A DNA stretch of 64,000 bases from Hypanus sabinus (taxonomy: Eukaryota), in the NCBI RefSeq assembly GCF_030144855.1, contig NC_082716.1, positions 67,022,001 to 67,086,000 on the forward strand. The letters are read 5' to 3'. This document shows, piece after piece, positions 1-12,394 of this stretch. Made by a program: the position numbers and the translations under genes. Within the stretch, counting starts at the first letter, position 1; the number at the start of each line of letters is the position of its first letter. Below the pieces are notes generated by a model that did not search any database, was not told where the DNA came from, and worked only from the letters and a program-made list of their open reading frames with translations.

Positions 1-59
1 GGAATTACATAAGTCAGACTAGGCAAGGATGGAAAATGTTAAACCACAAGACACAGACG

Positions 60-570
60 CAGAATTGGGCCATTTTGACCCATCAAGTCTGCCTTGCCAT
101 TCCATCATAGCCTATTTATTTTCCCTTTAAATATACCCTTTAATATTTGGTAGGTTTCAATGAGACTTACACCCGTCATTCTTCCAAACTACAGCGAGTA
201 CAGGCCCAGAGCCATCAAACTATTCCTGGAGTCATTCTCCTAAACCTCCCCTGGATCCTTTCCTATGCCAGTACAACCTTTCTTGTACATGGATCCCAAA
301 ACTGCTCACAACACTAAATGCAGCCGAAGAATCCCTTAATAAAGCTTCATCATTATATCCTTGCTTTTATAGTCTAGTCTTCAGGAAACCAAGTTATTGG
401 ATATATTTAAAGCAGAGGCTGACAGGTTCTTGATTATTAAGGATGTCAGAGGTTTCAGGGAGAAGGCAGAAGAATAGAGTTGAAAGGAAAATAAATCAGC
501 CATCATTGAAGGGCAGGGCAGACTAGATAGGCCGAATGACCTAATTCTCCTCTCATGTCTAATAATCTTA
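60..570. mobile_element. Two CR1 LINE 3'-end fragments in opposite orientations
   Basis: 60-380 is the reverse complement of, and 390-570 a direct match to, the CR1 3' region also seen at 20640-20820 and 6320-6485. Confidence 0.65.
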
Positions 571-869
571 TAAATTTGAAACAGCTTTTAATGTCCTCTA
601 TTATACAGCTTGCTAGCTTCATTTCTCTCTTACTTTTTTTTATAAGAACATCTCAATCTTTTAGCTTCCCACTAATTATTGCAATATTGCATGCCCTCTC
701 TTTTGATTTTATGCTATCTTTGACTTTCCTTGTTAACCATGGTTGCCTCATCCTCCCTTTAGAATGCTGCTTCTTCTTTGGGATGAACCAACCCTGTGTC
801 TTCTGAATTATTCCCAGAAACTCCAGCCATTGCTGCTCTACTGTCATCCCTGCTAATGTCCTCCAGTAG

Positions 870-1788
870 GTAGTGCGACACATGGCAGCAGCTGCCTTTC
901 AGATCTGGTGCTACATCCTTTAATTTAATTTAGTTTTTTAAACTTTAGGGCACAATTAGGGTTTAGGCCAGTTGGTAACAGAGCAACTATCTACCATCAC
1001 CAGATACTGCTACAATACAGAGATCACCCAAAAACAAACCTTCATGAAAATCTGCGCGACCTCGGCTTGCTGAGGGAATTGGGCTTGTAGACCTCAGAGA
1101 CGCTTGATGCCAATGGCTGGAGTTAGGGACGTTGTAAGCGGTGTGCGAGGAAGCAAGCAGGATTCCGTGTCAGGAAAAAGGTAAGCCCTAGCCAACCAGC
1201 TCTCCCGTCCATTCTGTTCTCCAATGTCTGCTTGCTGTGGGAATCGGGCCTACAGTCCTCAAGAGTCGCCTGATGCCGCTGGCCAGAGGTGGGGATGTCG
1301 TAAGCAGTGTGCGAGGAAATGGAAGCAAGGCAAGCGGGCAGGAGTCCATGCCAGGAAAAAAGAAAGCCCTAGCCAGCCAGCTCTCCCGTCTATTCTGCTC
1401 TCCAATGGACATTAAATGGGACTTTTAAACTTCTAAACGAACTACTCAGTGGGAGTACAGAAACAGACGGAATCGCGTACACCGCCATTCAGCTGTTTAT
1501 TTATGCAACAGAGTTTCCCCTAAGCCATCAGACTACCAACCTACTGCCCTCTGCTGTGCCTATTGTCTTGTTTATTATTTACTGTAATACCTGCACTGTT
1601 CTGTGTACTTTATGCAGTCCTGGGTAGGTCTGTAGACTAGTGTAGTTTTTGTGTTGGTTTACGTAGTTCAATGTAGTTTTTGTATTGTTCATGTAGCACC
1701 ATGGTCCTGAAAAAGGTTGTCTAATTTTTACTTTGTACTGTACCAGCAGTTATTGTTGAAATGACAATAAAAAGTGACTTGACTTGAC
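870..1788 (+). mobile_element. Non-autonomous Rex1/Babar-like derivative (5' part joined to 3' tail)
   Basis: Encodes only the pre-endonuclease motif [11 protein letters not shown]...[10 protein letters not shown] (duplicated); ends AATAAAAAG(TGACT)n. Confidence 0.55.
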
Positions 1789-1808
1789 TAACTTTGACCT
1801 ACTCCTCT

Positions 1809-1985
1809 CAGATCAGAATCAGAATCAGTTTTATTATCACCAGCATGTGTCATGAAATTTATTAACTTAGCAGCAGCAGTTCAATGCAATACATAATACA
1901 GAAGGAAAAAATAGTAATAATAAGTAAATAAACTAAGGTATACGTAAATTGAGTAGGTTAAAATTCGTGCAAAAAACAGATATTA

Positions 1986-2016
<31 letters not shown>

Positions 2017-3440
2017 TTTAAAAGTGAGGTAATGTTCAAGGGTTCAATGTCCATTTAGCAATCGGATAACAGAGGGAAAGAAGCTGATCCTGAATCACTG
2101 AGTGTGTGCCTTCATGCTTCTGTACCTCCTACCTGATGATAACAGTGAGAAAAGGGCATACCCTGGGTGCTGGAGGTCCTTAATAATGCCTTTCTGAGAC
2201 ACCACTCCCTGAAGATGTCCTGGGTACTTTCTAGGCTAGTCCCAAGATGGAGCCAACTAAATTTACAACATTCTGCAGCTTCTATCCTGTCAGAATGTTT
2301 TCAAGTGTATTTGTTGACATACCAAATCCCTTCAAACTCCTAATGAAGTATAGTCAATGTCTTGCCTTCTTTTATAACTGCATTGATATGTTGGGACCAG
2401 CTTAGGTCCTCAGAGATCTTGACACCCAGAAACTTGAAACTGCTCACATTCTCCACTTCTGATCCCTCTATGAGGATTGGTATGTGTTCCTTCGTCTTAC
2501 CCTTTCTGAAGCCCACAATCAGCTCTTTCGTCTTACTGACATTGAGTGTCAGGTTGTTGCTGCGACATACTATACTAGTTGGCATATCTCACTCCTGTAC
2601 GCCCTCTGTCACCATCTGAGATTCTACCAACAATGGTTGTATCATCAGCAAATTTATGATTATATTTGAGCTATGCTTAGCCACACAGTCATTCGTACAG
2701 AGAGAGTACAGCAGTGGGCTAAGCACACACCCCTGAGGTGCATCAGTGTTGACTGTCAGCAAGGAGGAGATTTTATCACCAATCCACACAGACTAGTCTT
2801 CCGGTTAGAAAGTCGAGGATCCAATTGCAGAAGGAGGTACAAAGGCCCAAGTTTTATAACTTCTCAATCAGGATTGTGGGAATGATGGTATTAAATGCTG
2901 AGTTATAATCGATGAACAGCATCCTGACATAGGTGTGTGTGTTATCCAGGTGGTCTAAAGCCATGTGAAGAGCCATTGAGATTGCATCTACCATTGACCT
3001 ATTGTGGCAATGGGCAAATTGCAATGGGTCCAGGTACTTGCTGAGGCAGGAGTTCAGTCCAGTCATGACCAGCCTCTCAAAGCATTTCATCACTGTTAAT
3101 GTGAGTGCTATAGTCACATTAAGTGATATTCATTAAGGCAGCTTACATTATTCTTCTTGGGCACTGATATAATTGTTGCCTTTTGGAAACAAGTGGGAAC
3201 TTCAGCCCATAGCACTGAGAGGTTGAAAATGTCCTTGAATACTCCTGCCAGTTGGTTGGCACAGGGATTCAAAACCTTACCAGGTATTCCATCAGGACCT
3301 TCCACCTTGCAAGGGTTCACTCTCTTTAAAGACAGCCTAACATCAGCCTCTGAGACAGAGATCACAGGATCATCAACTGCAGCAGTTATATTCTCCCTTT
3401 CAAAGCAGGTATAGAAAGCGTTGAGTTCATCTGGTAGTTA
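1809..3440 (-). mobile_element. Rex1/Babar-like LINE, 5'-truncated, fragmented RT
   Basis: RT fragments [70 protein letters not shown]; (CTGATT)n tail at 1809-1828; (TG)n(TA)n microsatellite at 1986-2015. Confidence 0.88.
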
Positions 3441-5789
3441 ACTTTGTTAACTTCTCTGTAGTTAACTTTACTCTACTACAATACCAATAACATCCTATTT
3501 TATCTTCCTCTCCAACTGCAGTGTGAATTCTATCACATTATGATCACTGTCTATGTGTTTTGTAACCTTAAATTCTCTAATCAAATCTGGTGCTTTTACA
3601 ACACCCAATCCAGAATTGTCTTTTCCCAAGTGTGCTCAACCATAATCTGCTCTAAAAAGCCATCCCACAGGCATTCTATAAATTCCTTCTCTCAGGATCC
3701 TGTACCAACATGATTTTCCCAGTCTACCTGTATATTGAAATCCCCCATAACCATCATAACATTGCTCTTTTTGTTTTTACAAGCCTTTTATATCTTCCAT
3801 TGTAATTTGCATGCCACACCCTGGCTGTTGTTCTGAGGCCTTTATGTAACTCCCAACATGGGTTTTTTGAAACCCTTTCAGCTTCTCCACAACTCTACCC
3901 ACAAGATTTCTACATCTTTTGATCTTATGTCACTTCTTTCTAAAGATTTGATTTCATTTTTTTAAACAAAACAACTCCACCCCCTTCTACCTACCTACAT
4001 GTCCTTTCAATACAATGTGTATCCTTGGATGTTATTTTGACTTTTTTTTAAAATCTCAGTCCTGAGAAAAGGTTGAGATATATTGTAGCTCATTTCTGCA
4101 CAAATAACACCCGACATTAATGTTTAATACTTTGGTTTGTCTTCACATTTATTTATTTAGAAAAATAGCACAAGACTGGCCCTTTGGGCCCAACAAACTG
4201 CACCCACCCCCCAACAATCCACTTATTTATCCGTAGCCTAATCACAAGACAATGTACAATGACCAACATCTTCAACTGTTGCATAGTTCCACAACCTCCA
4301 CTTTTATTTTCAAGTATTTCCACCCTAGGATAAAATCCACAGGTTTCCATGCATACCTGACAAATCTAATTGCTTTCTCAGTCATAAAATATTTCTTATT
4401 CCATTGCTTATACATGTCATATACATTACGAACTTGACAATATCCAATACAATCAATCCTGTCTCAGCTCAGCCCTCCTGCAATCCTAGTAATGTGGAGT
4501 TGTATCACCTAAAACATAGAAGACTACAGCATGGGAACAGGCCATTGTTTCACCAAACCAGCTGAAAACAAATCAAAAACACCATCCCTCCTACCTATAC
4601 CATCAGACTTTTGATTTCAGAACTCAATTTTCTGAAGAATTGCTTCACACAATAAACCCAGTAGTTTCAAAATTTTGATGCAACACTTTAATACAATACG
4701 ATGCATTGTATTAATTCTCCAAATCAGCAGTCAACACTATTAATGTAGAATATCTGCAAAATATATTTTACTGGGTAAGGCTGATGCTGAGAATTCAATA
4801 AATGATTTAAAAAATCCATTATACTAAATTAAGTTGCTGTTTTTCTAAACTTGTCTCTGAAAAAACACAAGCAAACTATTTTCAAATCAAATAAATTATG
4901 ATTACTAATTTTAATACCAAAAACAAACATTCGTTACTGGTGACTTTTTTCTACAAAGTCCAAATATGGATCTCAACCTTTCACCTTAATTTCTCCTATG
5001 TGATATCACAATGAGAGCAATGTTACAAAATCCCTTCAATTTTCAACCATTTAACCATAGAAATTGGCAACATAAATAATATTCTACACGTTTTGCCAAC
5101 TGTTTGATCAGGTTCAAAATCATCACTATCAATGCTTGAACACAAATCTCACTTCAAAATTCAGTTTAAAGCCAAAGTTATGGTTAACCAGATTTCTGAT
5201 ACAGCATCTATCACTCACTTCAGAGCTCTCCAGATAAAACCAGTAACACATTCTCAGAGATAAGAGCTTCCTGGTCACTGATACATGCTTACTCTGCAGG
5301 ATTGCATGCTAATTCCCAAAACCAAAATTAAGAAACAGGTTGGCATAATCTCCACAGTTCAGCACAATCAACTATAACCATAAATTTTTCTCTCAAGACT
5401 GGAACAATAACTTCATAAACAATCTCAGAAAATGCTGCAGGAATCAAATTACAAATTGTAATAGCTTGAGCAGCTCTCTGCCATAAAAAATCCAGCAGTG
5501 TAAAAAGGAAGGTCAAACATTTTCTAATTTATGGTAAGTAATCCAGTCCTCCATTATCCAAATCTGGCTTAAAAATTGATGACATTTCCTGCGGATCATT
5601 GCTATTTGAACATCATTCAAAACCACACTCTCAATTTAAATCAATTACTATTACCTCCAGCTCTTGATACTTTCAAGATAGTTGCCAGAAAACTTACATT
5701 TTAGATAATGATTAAGATCCCAAATATATTTTTCCTGCACCCTTCTCATGATTTACAACCTATTAACTTCATGATTCAACTGTTCAAAG

Positions 5790-6485
5790 TTACTTGCACA
5801 GAATACAGAATTTAACTTGCAGGTTGAGTCAGTGGCAAGGAAGGCAAGTGCAATATTAGCATTCATTTTGAGAGGACCTGAATACAAATGCAAGTACATA
5901 ATGATGAAGGCTTTTGTGGCATTGGTCAGACTACACTTGGGAGTAGTGAGAGTTGCTTTGGTTCCCGTTAGCCAAGAAAGGATGCGCTAGCACTGAAGAA
6001 ATTCCAGTCCAGAAGAGGTTCAGGAAGATGATCCTAGGAATGAAAAGTTTAACATATGAGGAGCTTTTGATGGCTCTATGCCTGTACTCGCTGAAGTTCA
6101 GCAGAATTAAGGGGATCTTATTAAAACCTACCGAACATTGAATTGAAAGGTCTGGATAGCGTGGATGTGGAGAGGCCGTTTCCTATAGTGGGAGTGTCTA
6201 GGACTATAGGGCAGTCTCGGAATTGAGACGTCCGTTTAGAACGGAGATGAGGAAAATTTTATTTAGCCAGAGGGTAGTCTGTGGAATTCTTTGTCACAAA
6301 CGGCTATGGAGGCCTAGTCATTAGGTATATTTAAGGTGGAGGTTGATAGGTTCTTGATTAATCAGGGTGTCATAGGTTACGGGGAGAGGACAGGAGAATG
6401 GGGTTGAGAGGGATAATAAAAAAGCCATGATGGAATACGGAAAAAACTCGATGGGCCGAACAGTCTAATTTGCTCCTAGGTCTAA
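5790..6485 (+). mobile_element. CR1 LINE 3' fragment
   Basis: VQKRFRKMILGMKSLTYEELLMAL-type ORF2 C-terminus and a 3' UTR homologous to 20170-20820. Confidence 0.85.
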
Positions 6486-6646
6486 TGATGTACTATGTGA
6501 GCTTTTTAACAAAATACACAGGATCCACCAATTTAGATATCTGAAAATGAATAATACACATCAGTTAATCAAAGAAGATTGCGTTGTTAAAGTAAAATAA
6601 TGAGAAGCCTCAGAACAACAAGGTTTTACATAAAAACATATCCTAC

Positions 6647-6832
6647 CTTCGGATAAGTGTGCAGCGTATAGGTCATCTCACAGGATTTCTGACACGACGA
6701 TGTATCTCCCAAAACAGCATCGAACGCGTCGGAGGCCAGCGACACATTACTGAAAAACAGAGCCAATATCGCGACCAGTGCAAAGCCGAAGACCGAGCCG
6801 CAGCGACCAGAACCGCCCGCTGCCACCGCCAT
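6647..6832 (-). CDS. TMEM59: TMEM59 coding exon 1 (62 codons; signal peptide and start of luminal domain)
   Basis: Translation MAVAAGG...ASDAFDAVLGDTSSCQKSCEMTYTLHTYPK matches the TMEM59 N-terminus (AFDSVLGDTASCHRACQLTYPLHTYPK). Strong Kozak AAGATGG at 6832 and phase-0 donor AAG|GTAGGA at 6647/6646. Head-to-head with TCEANC2, as in other vertebrates. No further exon recognised in 1-6600. Confidence 0.93.
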
Positions 6833-7290
6833 CTTCCGCCTGTTTGTTGTGATCCACACTCCCTCACCTCAGCGCGCGTGCGCCGTCAGACCTTGCTGCA
6901 CTTCAGTTGGTTTTCATACAACTTTCATCTTACGTGTGATCCTAGCGATTTACTATACAGATTTTCCGCGGTTGGGTTTGCGTTAGATGTAAATATCATG
7001 CTTTTTTTAAAAAATAAAATACCGCCGTCTGCTGGCGCAAGGGTGGCTGGGACTTGTAGTTGTCGGAAGGACACTGGCTTCCTGTCGTCGAGGTGGGCTT
7101 GTGTTGTGTTCCGTTACCGAGAACCCATCGTCGTGTGCCGTGAGCTTGGGCTCATCCATGGATCGGTTCGTAGTGCGGGGCTGCGCGGCGAGCCCAGCAC
7201 AGCCCCAGCCCAAGGTGTACCGTCAGACTACTCTCGAGTCTTTGAAGGTAGAGAATTTCCCCTTTGTGGAGGGTTTTCCGGAGTTCACGC
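6660..7290. promoter_or_regulatory. CpG island and bidirectional promoter of TMEM59/TCEANC2
   Basis: CpG-rich stretch in otherwise CpG-depleted DNA; 325 bp between the divergent ATGs. YY1 motif CCGCCATCTT 6826-6835, NRF1-like GCGCGCGTGCGC 6872-6883, ZNF143/THAP11-type ACTACAnnTCCCA motif on the minus strand 7046-7061, ETS-like CGGAAG/CTTCCG sites. Confidence 0.85.
7158..7247 (+). CDS. TCEANC2: TCEANC2 coding exon 1
   Basis: MDRFVVR...KVYRQTTLESLK resembles TCEANC2 MDKFVIR...KVYKQATIESLK; donor AAG|GTAGAG, phase 0. Confidence 0.9.
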
Positions 7291-7805
7291 GAAACTATGG
7301 GTTAAAGGCATTCGAGATACTTTTGTTCTGTGTACTAGTTCTAATCAAACCTTTGCCCATTTCTAAAGACACATGGTCATTAATCCCATCAGTTCCAATC
7401 TCCCACTGTTTCCCTTCAGGCTCTCCAAATTACTAACTGTCCCTCTCTCCCCCTGGAAGTCAAGATTGAACCCAGGTCACTGAGAGTGTGGGGCCGTACT
7501 CCCTGCAAAGAAGGCAAAGTAATTCATGGTCAGTCAAAAGTTTCCTTTTTGTTTTGATTAAAATGACAATTTAGGAGGGTCTGTCGAGTTATAAGAGTTA
7601 ATTCTTGTTGCAGAGCAATTAAATTTATACAGCATCCTAAAAGAAATGATCCAAATATTGTCTGGCATGAATGAAGATTGAAATTAGTAGTACTTTGGAG
7701 AGGAGAAACAGTTATACGTGGGTGCAGACATTGGGAGGAAGAACATTGTCTATCCACAATTTCCTGAATGGAGGTGCTCCGGACAGACTCGAGAGGGTAC
7801 TGTAC

Positions 7806-8035
7806 CACAGTGGCGCAGCACAGCTCTGTGTGTTTCGGAGTTCCAATTCCAGCAAGGAGACTGTAGCATTCCCCGTGGAATGCGTGGGTTTCCTCCCGCA
7901 GTACAAAGGTACAGCGTGTAGTTTAATTGTCCGTGATTAGTTAGGGATAAACAGGCTTGTCGGGAGTTGCTGGGACATCATGGCCCGAAGGGACGGAAGG
8001 GCCAACTCCGCGCTGCATCGCTAAATAAACAAAAA
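7806..8035 (+). mobile_element. SINE (HE1/V-SINE-like)
   Basis: tRNA-like head, TGCGTGGGTTTCCTCCCGCAGT central core, CR1-like tail and A-rich end. Confidence 0.5.
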
Positions 8036-8258
8036 TAATAAAAATATATTTGTCAACATATTTTACATGTTTTTTAATACCCAGGTCATTTAGTTAATTA
8101 AAAATCTCAACGAGTTATTCCAATTTTTAAAATACAACCAAATTATTGTTTACAAATGTAAAACTAAAATGTGAATAAGACCAGTCCATAAATTGTTTTC
8201 TTACACCAATAGGTTTCTGAACCAGCTAGATCAGGCAGCAAGATACAACCTCAAATTA

Positions 8259-9254
8259 CACTGGACAACAAAGATTTTGCTTCCTAACTACCTTTAGGTG
8301 TATCTCATGAATTTTTGGCTTCTGATCATGAAAATCACCATGAAATTTCCCTATCATGCATCATTTTTTGTAATCACTTATGTTTATTATTTCAATTCAT
8401 AATTCAAGTCAATTAAAATGTTGCCTACAATTTAAGCTGGTAAGTTTCCTATCTTGTCCAGGCATGCTTAGGTGGCACGGCTGCTCCAGGGCAGGACAGG
8501 TTTTAGTAATAACTATTGGGTTCAGGACTGTAAAGATGGAATTTGCTATCACCAGGCACAAAAATTTCTATGAAGGATTTTGATATTTGAGACAGATACT
8601 TTATAAGATTAAGATACTTGCCAAGATTAAGGAAGGCATTTTTGTTGGTCCACAAATCAAACAGGTCATCAATGACAGGCAATTTGAAGAATTTCTAGTG
8701 GGACTGGAGAAAATCACATGGAAGGCATTCAAGGAAGTTGTTGAAATTTTTCTCGGCATCTACAGAGCACCAAACTACATGCAGTTGGTTGAAAACATGC
8801 TTCAAGCATATAAAACCATGAAATGCAACATGTCACTAAAGATTCATTTTCTGCATTCCCATTTAGACTTCTTCCCTGCAAATCTTGGTGCTGTTAGTGA
8901 CGAGCATGGTGAAAGGTTTCACCAGGACATTGCGGTCATGGGGAAAAGATACCAGGGCAACTGGAATCCATCAGTGCTGGGGAATTATTGTTGGACACTT
9001 AAGCAAGAAGCCTCAGACACTGAGTACAAATGAAAATCATTAACAGAATATTTTTAACTTAGTTGAACTATTGCAAAGCATCAGCACCATTATGCAATTT
9101 AATACAGTATATTCAATAAAAGTTCATTAGTTGTTTCTCCAATTTCCTACGTGATACAAGCAGTCTGAATTTATATTTGTGTTCATCTTCAAGCAGTCTA
9201 TCATAAAAAAAAAATTCTGAGGAAGCAACTCTTGGAAAAATTTGTTGTCCAGTG
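8259..9254 (+). mobile_element. Chapaev3-type DNA transposon, internal-deletion derivative (TCEANC2 intron 1)
   Basis: Perfect 14-bp TIR CACTGGACAACAAA/TTTGTTGTCCAGTG and TTA duplication on both sides. ORF 8587-9033 carries MSLKIHFLHSHLDFFPANLGAVSDEHGERFHQDI, the Chapaev transposase C-terminal motif. Confidence 0.9.
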
Positions 9255-9983
9255 TTACCTACTTAGAACTACAAAACTTGACAGAGCAACCATTAAAATA
9301 TTTATTGAGGTATGTGCAGGCCCCTCTTACTGCAGCACATCTCCCATTCTGCTGATCCGTGGCACTGTTCACAACTAGCCCATCAAAGGACTACCCCAAA
9401 GCCCCTCCGAATGCTCTATTTTATCCCCTCTGCACCGATATGGAACTTTGCAGTAAATTTATCAGTACAGTAGCACCAACTCAGACCGGTGAACCAGAAC
9501 CAGCCATCACTTATCACACTCTTCACAAGTCCCACCCCAGTGTTCACCTAACTTTCACGTTCCAATGGCTGTGTTCCCATAGTATATTGCATTTATTCAC
9601 ATAGTAGTAATCTAAGCTAATTCTGTTATGTATAAGGCCACCGTAGTGGTGAGGCAATGGACAATCACAAAGATTAACCCTTTAAAGTACAAAAATATGA
9701 ATTGGTGAAAAACAATTGAAATAATGTTAAAGTTGGAAATAAAACACAATTAAAAGTCTTTTAATGTAGCGGAAACTGGATGATGGAAGTATTCCCCTGT
9801 ATGTGGTTTTTTTTTCATCTATGCTTGCATTTGTGTGGTTTTTTAAAAATTTAATCCAAGATACGGTTTCTGAGATGTTAAATACTTCTTTTGACTCTTA
9901 CTCAAAACCTTAAACATGTTTTGTAGTAATACTTTAAGTACAATTTGAGTGAACATTAACGATTGTTTTAATTCTCTAAACAG

Positions 9984-10125
9984 AGAGTTGTGGTGATTGA
10001 AGATATTAAAAGATGTAAATCCATTCTGGAACTCCCTAATCAAACAAAGGAAAACTTAATTGAAGCACTGCTGGAACTAAAGAAGAAAATACCCTCTCAG
10101 GAAGTTCTAGTCTCAACAAAAATAG
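9984..10125 (+). CDS. TCEANC2: TCEANC2 coding exon 2
   Basis: Acceptor TAAACAG| and donor G|GTAAAG; 142 nt encoding [48 protein letters not shown] (TFIIS N-terminal domain). Confidence 0.93.
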
Positions 10126-10789
10126 GTAAAGATTGTACTTTATGGTTATTTGCAAGATGGAGCCACAAACTGACGAGAGGATGGAAACCTTGTAATTGAC
10201 AAAAACAGAGCTGTTTTCAGGTGTGGTCTCCAGTCACATTGCACAAATAATTTATTATCCCTTCATCACTCAACCCATTAATCAAAGCCTGATTGAACCA
10301 CCAATACAGTACAGTGAGGAACTTCCAGACTGAAAATGACGTTTGCAACTTGATGCATATATTTGATAACACCAAGCTAAAAAGGCTGGCTTCTCTTGAG
10401 TGAAAACTGTAAGTTTCAGGGCAAAGTGGAAGGGAGCAAAGGGTGGATAGCTGTGGACTTTATTGAATGCAGGCAAAGAGGTGAAAATGGATATATTTGA
10501 GTGCCTAGGCTTGAATCACAGTTTGAAATCTGGGCATGCTTCGAAAAGATTTAATGTTGCCAGGACAAGCTTAAAAATTGTGAAATTCATTTACAAACAA
10601 AAATCATTCTTGCATTGCCTAGGGCATGAAACTTATACCTGCAGGTACCCAGTGTGAACTTAAGTCGGTGAACCAGAGCAGTGCTGAATATTTACAGTAT
10701 CTAACCACTAACTATATAATGCATAGAAATGCTTATACTATAAATCAGTTTTCTTTCTGCTTTTAAAAGAAGTTTATACCATGCATCTC

Positions 10790-11003
10790 AAACATGAGAA
10801 AATCTGCAGATGCTAGAAATCAAAAGCAACCCACACAAAATATTGGAGGAACTCAGCAGGCGAGGCAGCATCTGTGGAAAAGAGTACAAAGTCGAAATTT
10901 CAGGTTGAGACCCTTCATCTCAGCCAAAATGTCAACTGTTCATTCTTTTCCATAGATGCTACCTGGCCTGCAGAGTTCCTCCAGCATTTTGTGTGTGTTG
11001 CTC
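10790..11003. repeat. Penelope-terminus fold-back (inverted) repeat
   Basis: The arms GCAACCCACACAAAATATTGGAGGAACTCAGCAGG...GCATCTGTGGAAAAGAG and CTTTTCCATAGATGCTACC...GTTCCTCCAGCATTTTGTGTGTGTTGC are reverse complements. The same family occurs at 23580, 33545, 35720, 41828, 42050, 47745, 52605, 56660 and 57453. Confidence 0.85.
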
Positions 11004-11260
11004 TCCTTTCTACCTTTTCAGTAAAATTCAAGTTTAAAGGGTTTTTAAAGTTGAAGCCTTGAGAGCTACTTTTGTGGTTTTAGTTGTGAATTGTTGGACA
11101 AAATAGAAATATGCTTCTGCTTTAAAAATGTGATTCAGTGTGCTGGGTGACAGAGACTGCTTTCCACAAGTAGTAGCATGTTCTTTTAAATTTAGTCTGA
11201 GATTGTACAAATCATTCTTATTGCATTCTGCTTTCAGATAAATATTCTTCCTATTTCTAG

Positions 11261-11454
11261 GACACACTGTAAATAGGATGCGGAAAAACTCAGACCCTGA
11301 AGTTGCTGAGCTTGCTAAAGTCATTTTTAAAACCTGGAGAGATTTTATAAAAGAAAATAAAAATAAGTCATCCATCGAGGTGCGATGTGATTCTAAGACT
11401 GAGAGTCTCAGGAGTAATGCTCGAAAAATGCTCACTGAAGTCTTGGAACTGGAG
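11261..11454 (+). CDS. TCEANC2: TCEANC2 coding exon 3
   Basis: Acceptor TTTCTAG| and donor GAG|GTATTT; 194 nt encoding (G)HTVNRMRKNSDPEVAELAK...SIEVRCDSKTESLRSNARKMLTEVLELE; frame consistent with exon 2. Confidence 0.93.
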
Positions 11455-11997
11455 GTATTTTTTTTTAAACGCTGATTAAGTTTTTGATTTTAAAACTCAT
11501 TTTCAAACATAAGCTGTGTTGCAGCCTCTTGTCCGTTGTTTTGAAGGCAATCATGATGTGTAAGACTAATTCATTTATCTTCTTTAACACATTTATTATA
11601 AACTAACTTCAATATTGATTGGCTTAAGAGAACAGTCATAATTTGGAAGATTGTCTTCACTTTTCAGGCCAGATCCACTATTTTATTAAAATAGAGATGT
11701 TCTTGCCAAACACTGAGGTGACCAGAGATATTATGTATATCCAGCCTCTCAACTCAGAACACTGAGCTCCACCTCTGGACTTGGTGCTGATCTGTCACTT
11801 CAGCAGGAGGTTCCACACTTTTATTCCATATGCATGGTAGTTGGAAACATTAATTTACACAATGATGTCAGCCAGCAGTTTTCTCTGGAACTGGAGGCTA
11901 AAGAGAGGCATAATCCAGTTCACTAGCTTGTATAAATTGAGTATATTGTTACTACCTGTAATAATTAATGTATTATTTTATTATGTATTTGTTATAG

Positions 11998-12189
11998 AAG
12001 GAACATCCTCTGATTGAAAACTTAGAACGAGAGGTTTTTCACCAGTGTTCCCGTTTGATCAACATTTCATATCGGAGGACAATACGAGCACTAATCTTTA
12101 CTTTAAAACACAAACCAGAAATCCGAGAGCAGGTTAAAACCTACAAGTTCCCAGTGAAGCAGCTTGTTGAAAATCACAAGAAATGTTGA
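11998..12189 (+). CDS. TCEANC2: TCEANC2 last coding exon
   Basis: Acceptor TTATAG|; encodes [63 protein letters not shown] then TGA, matching the TCEANC2 C-terminus. Spliced product 205 aa. Confidence 0.92.
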   Translation, partial: KEHPLIENLEREVFHQCSRLINISYRRTIRALIFTLKHKPEIREQVKTYKFPVKQLVENHKKC

Positions 12190-12394
12190 CTTTTTATTAA
12201 AGAAATGTGTTTACATAAATTGTGAACTTCCAGAAGTACTTTACCTTTTTAAGCTGTCACCTAATTTTTCTTTTGACGCAGTGGCAAAGTCAAAATGTAT
12301 AAACACTGTCATTTAATACCTGGATTTGTACCAAGATGCCGGAGCATTCTTTAGATCTGATTTATGACTATTAGGAAATTGACATTGCATTGAT

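Larger units (their letters stand above)
580..4040 (-). mobile_element. CR1 LINE ORF2 fragment interrupted by two Rex1-like insertions
   Basis: ORF 653-883 (QPWLTRKVKDSIKSKERA) is CR1 ORF2 sequence; 3480-4040 is homologous to the CR1 endonuclease region at 29540-30070. Confidence 0.75.

Noticed and set aside
6659-7366. 235-aa plus-strand ORF across the promoter
   Set aside because: Overlaps TMEM59 antisense and TCEANC2 out of frame in a GC-rich island; non-ATG start and no recognisable domain.
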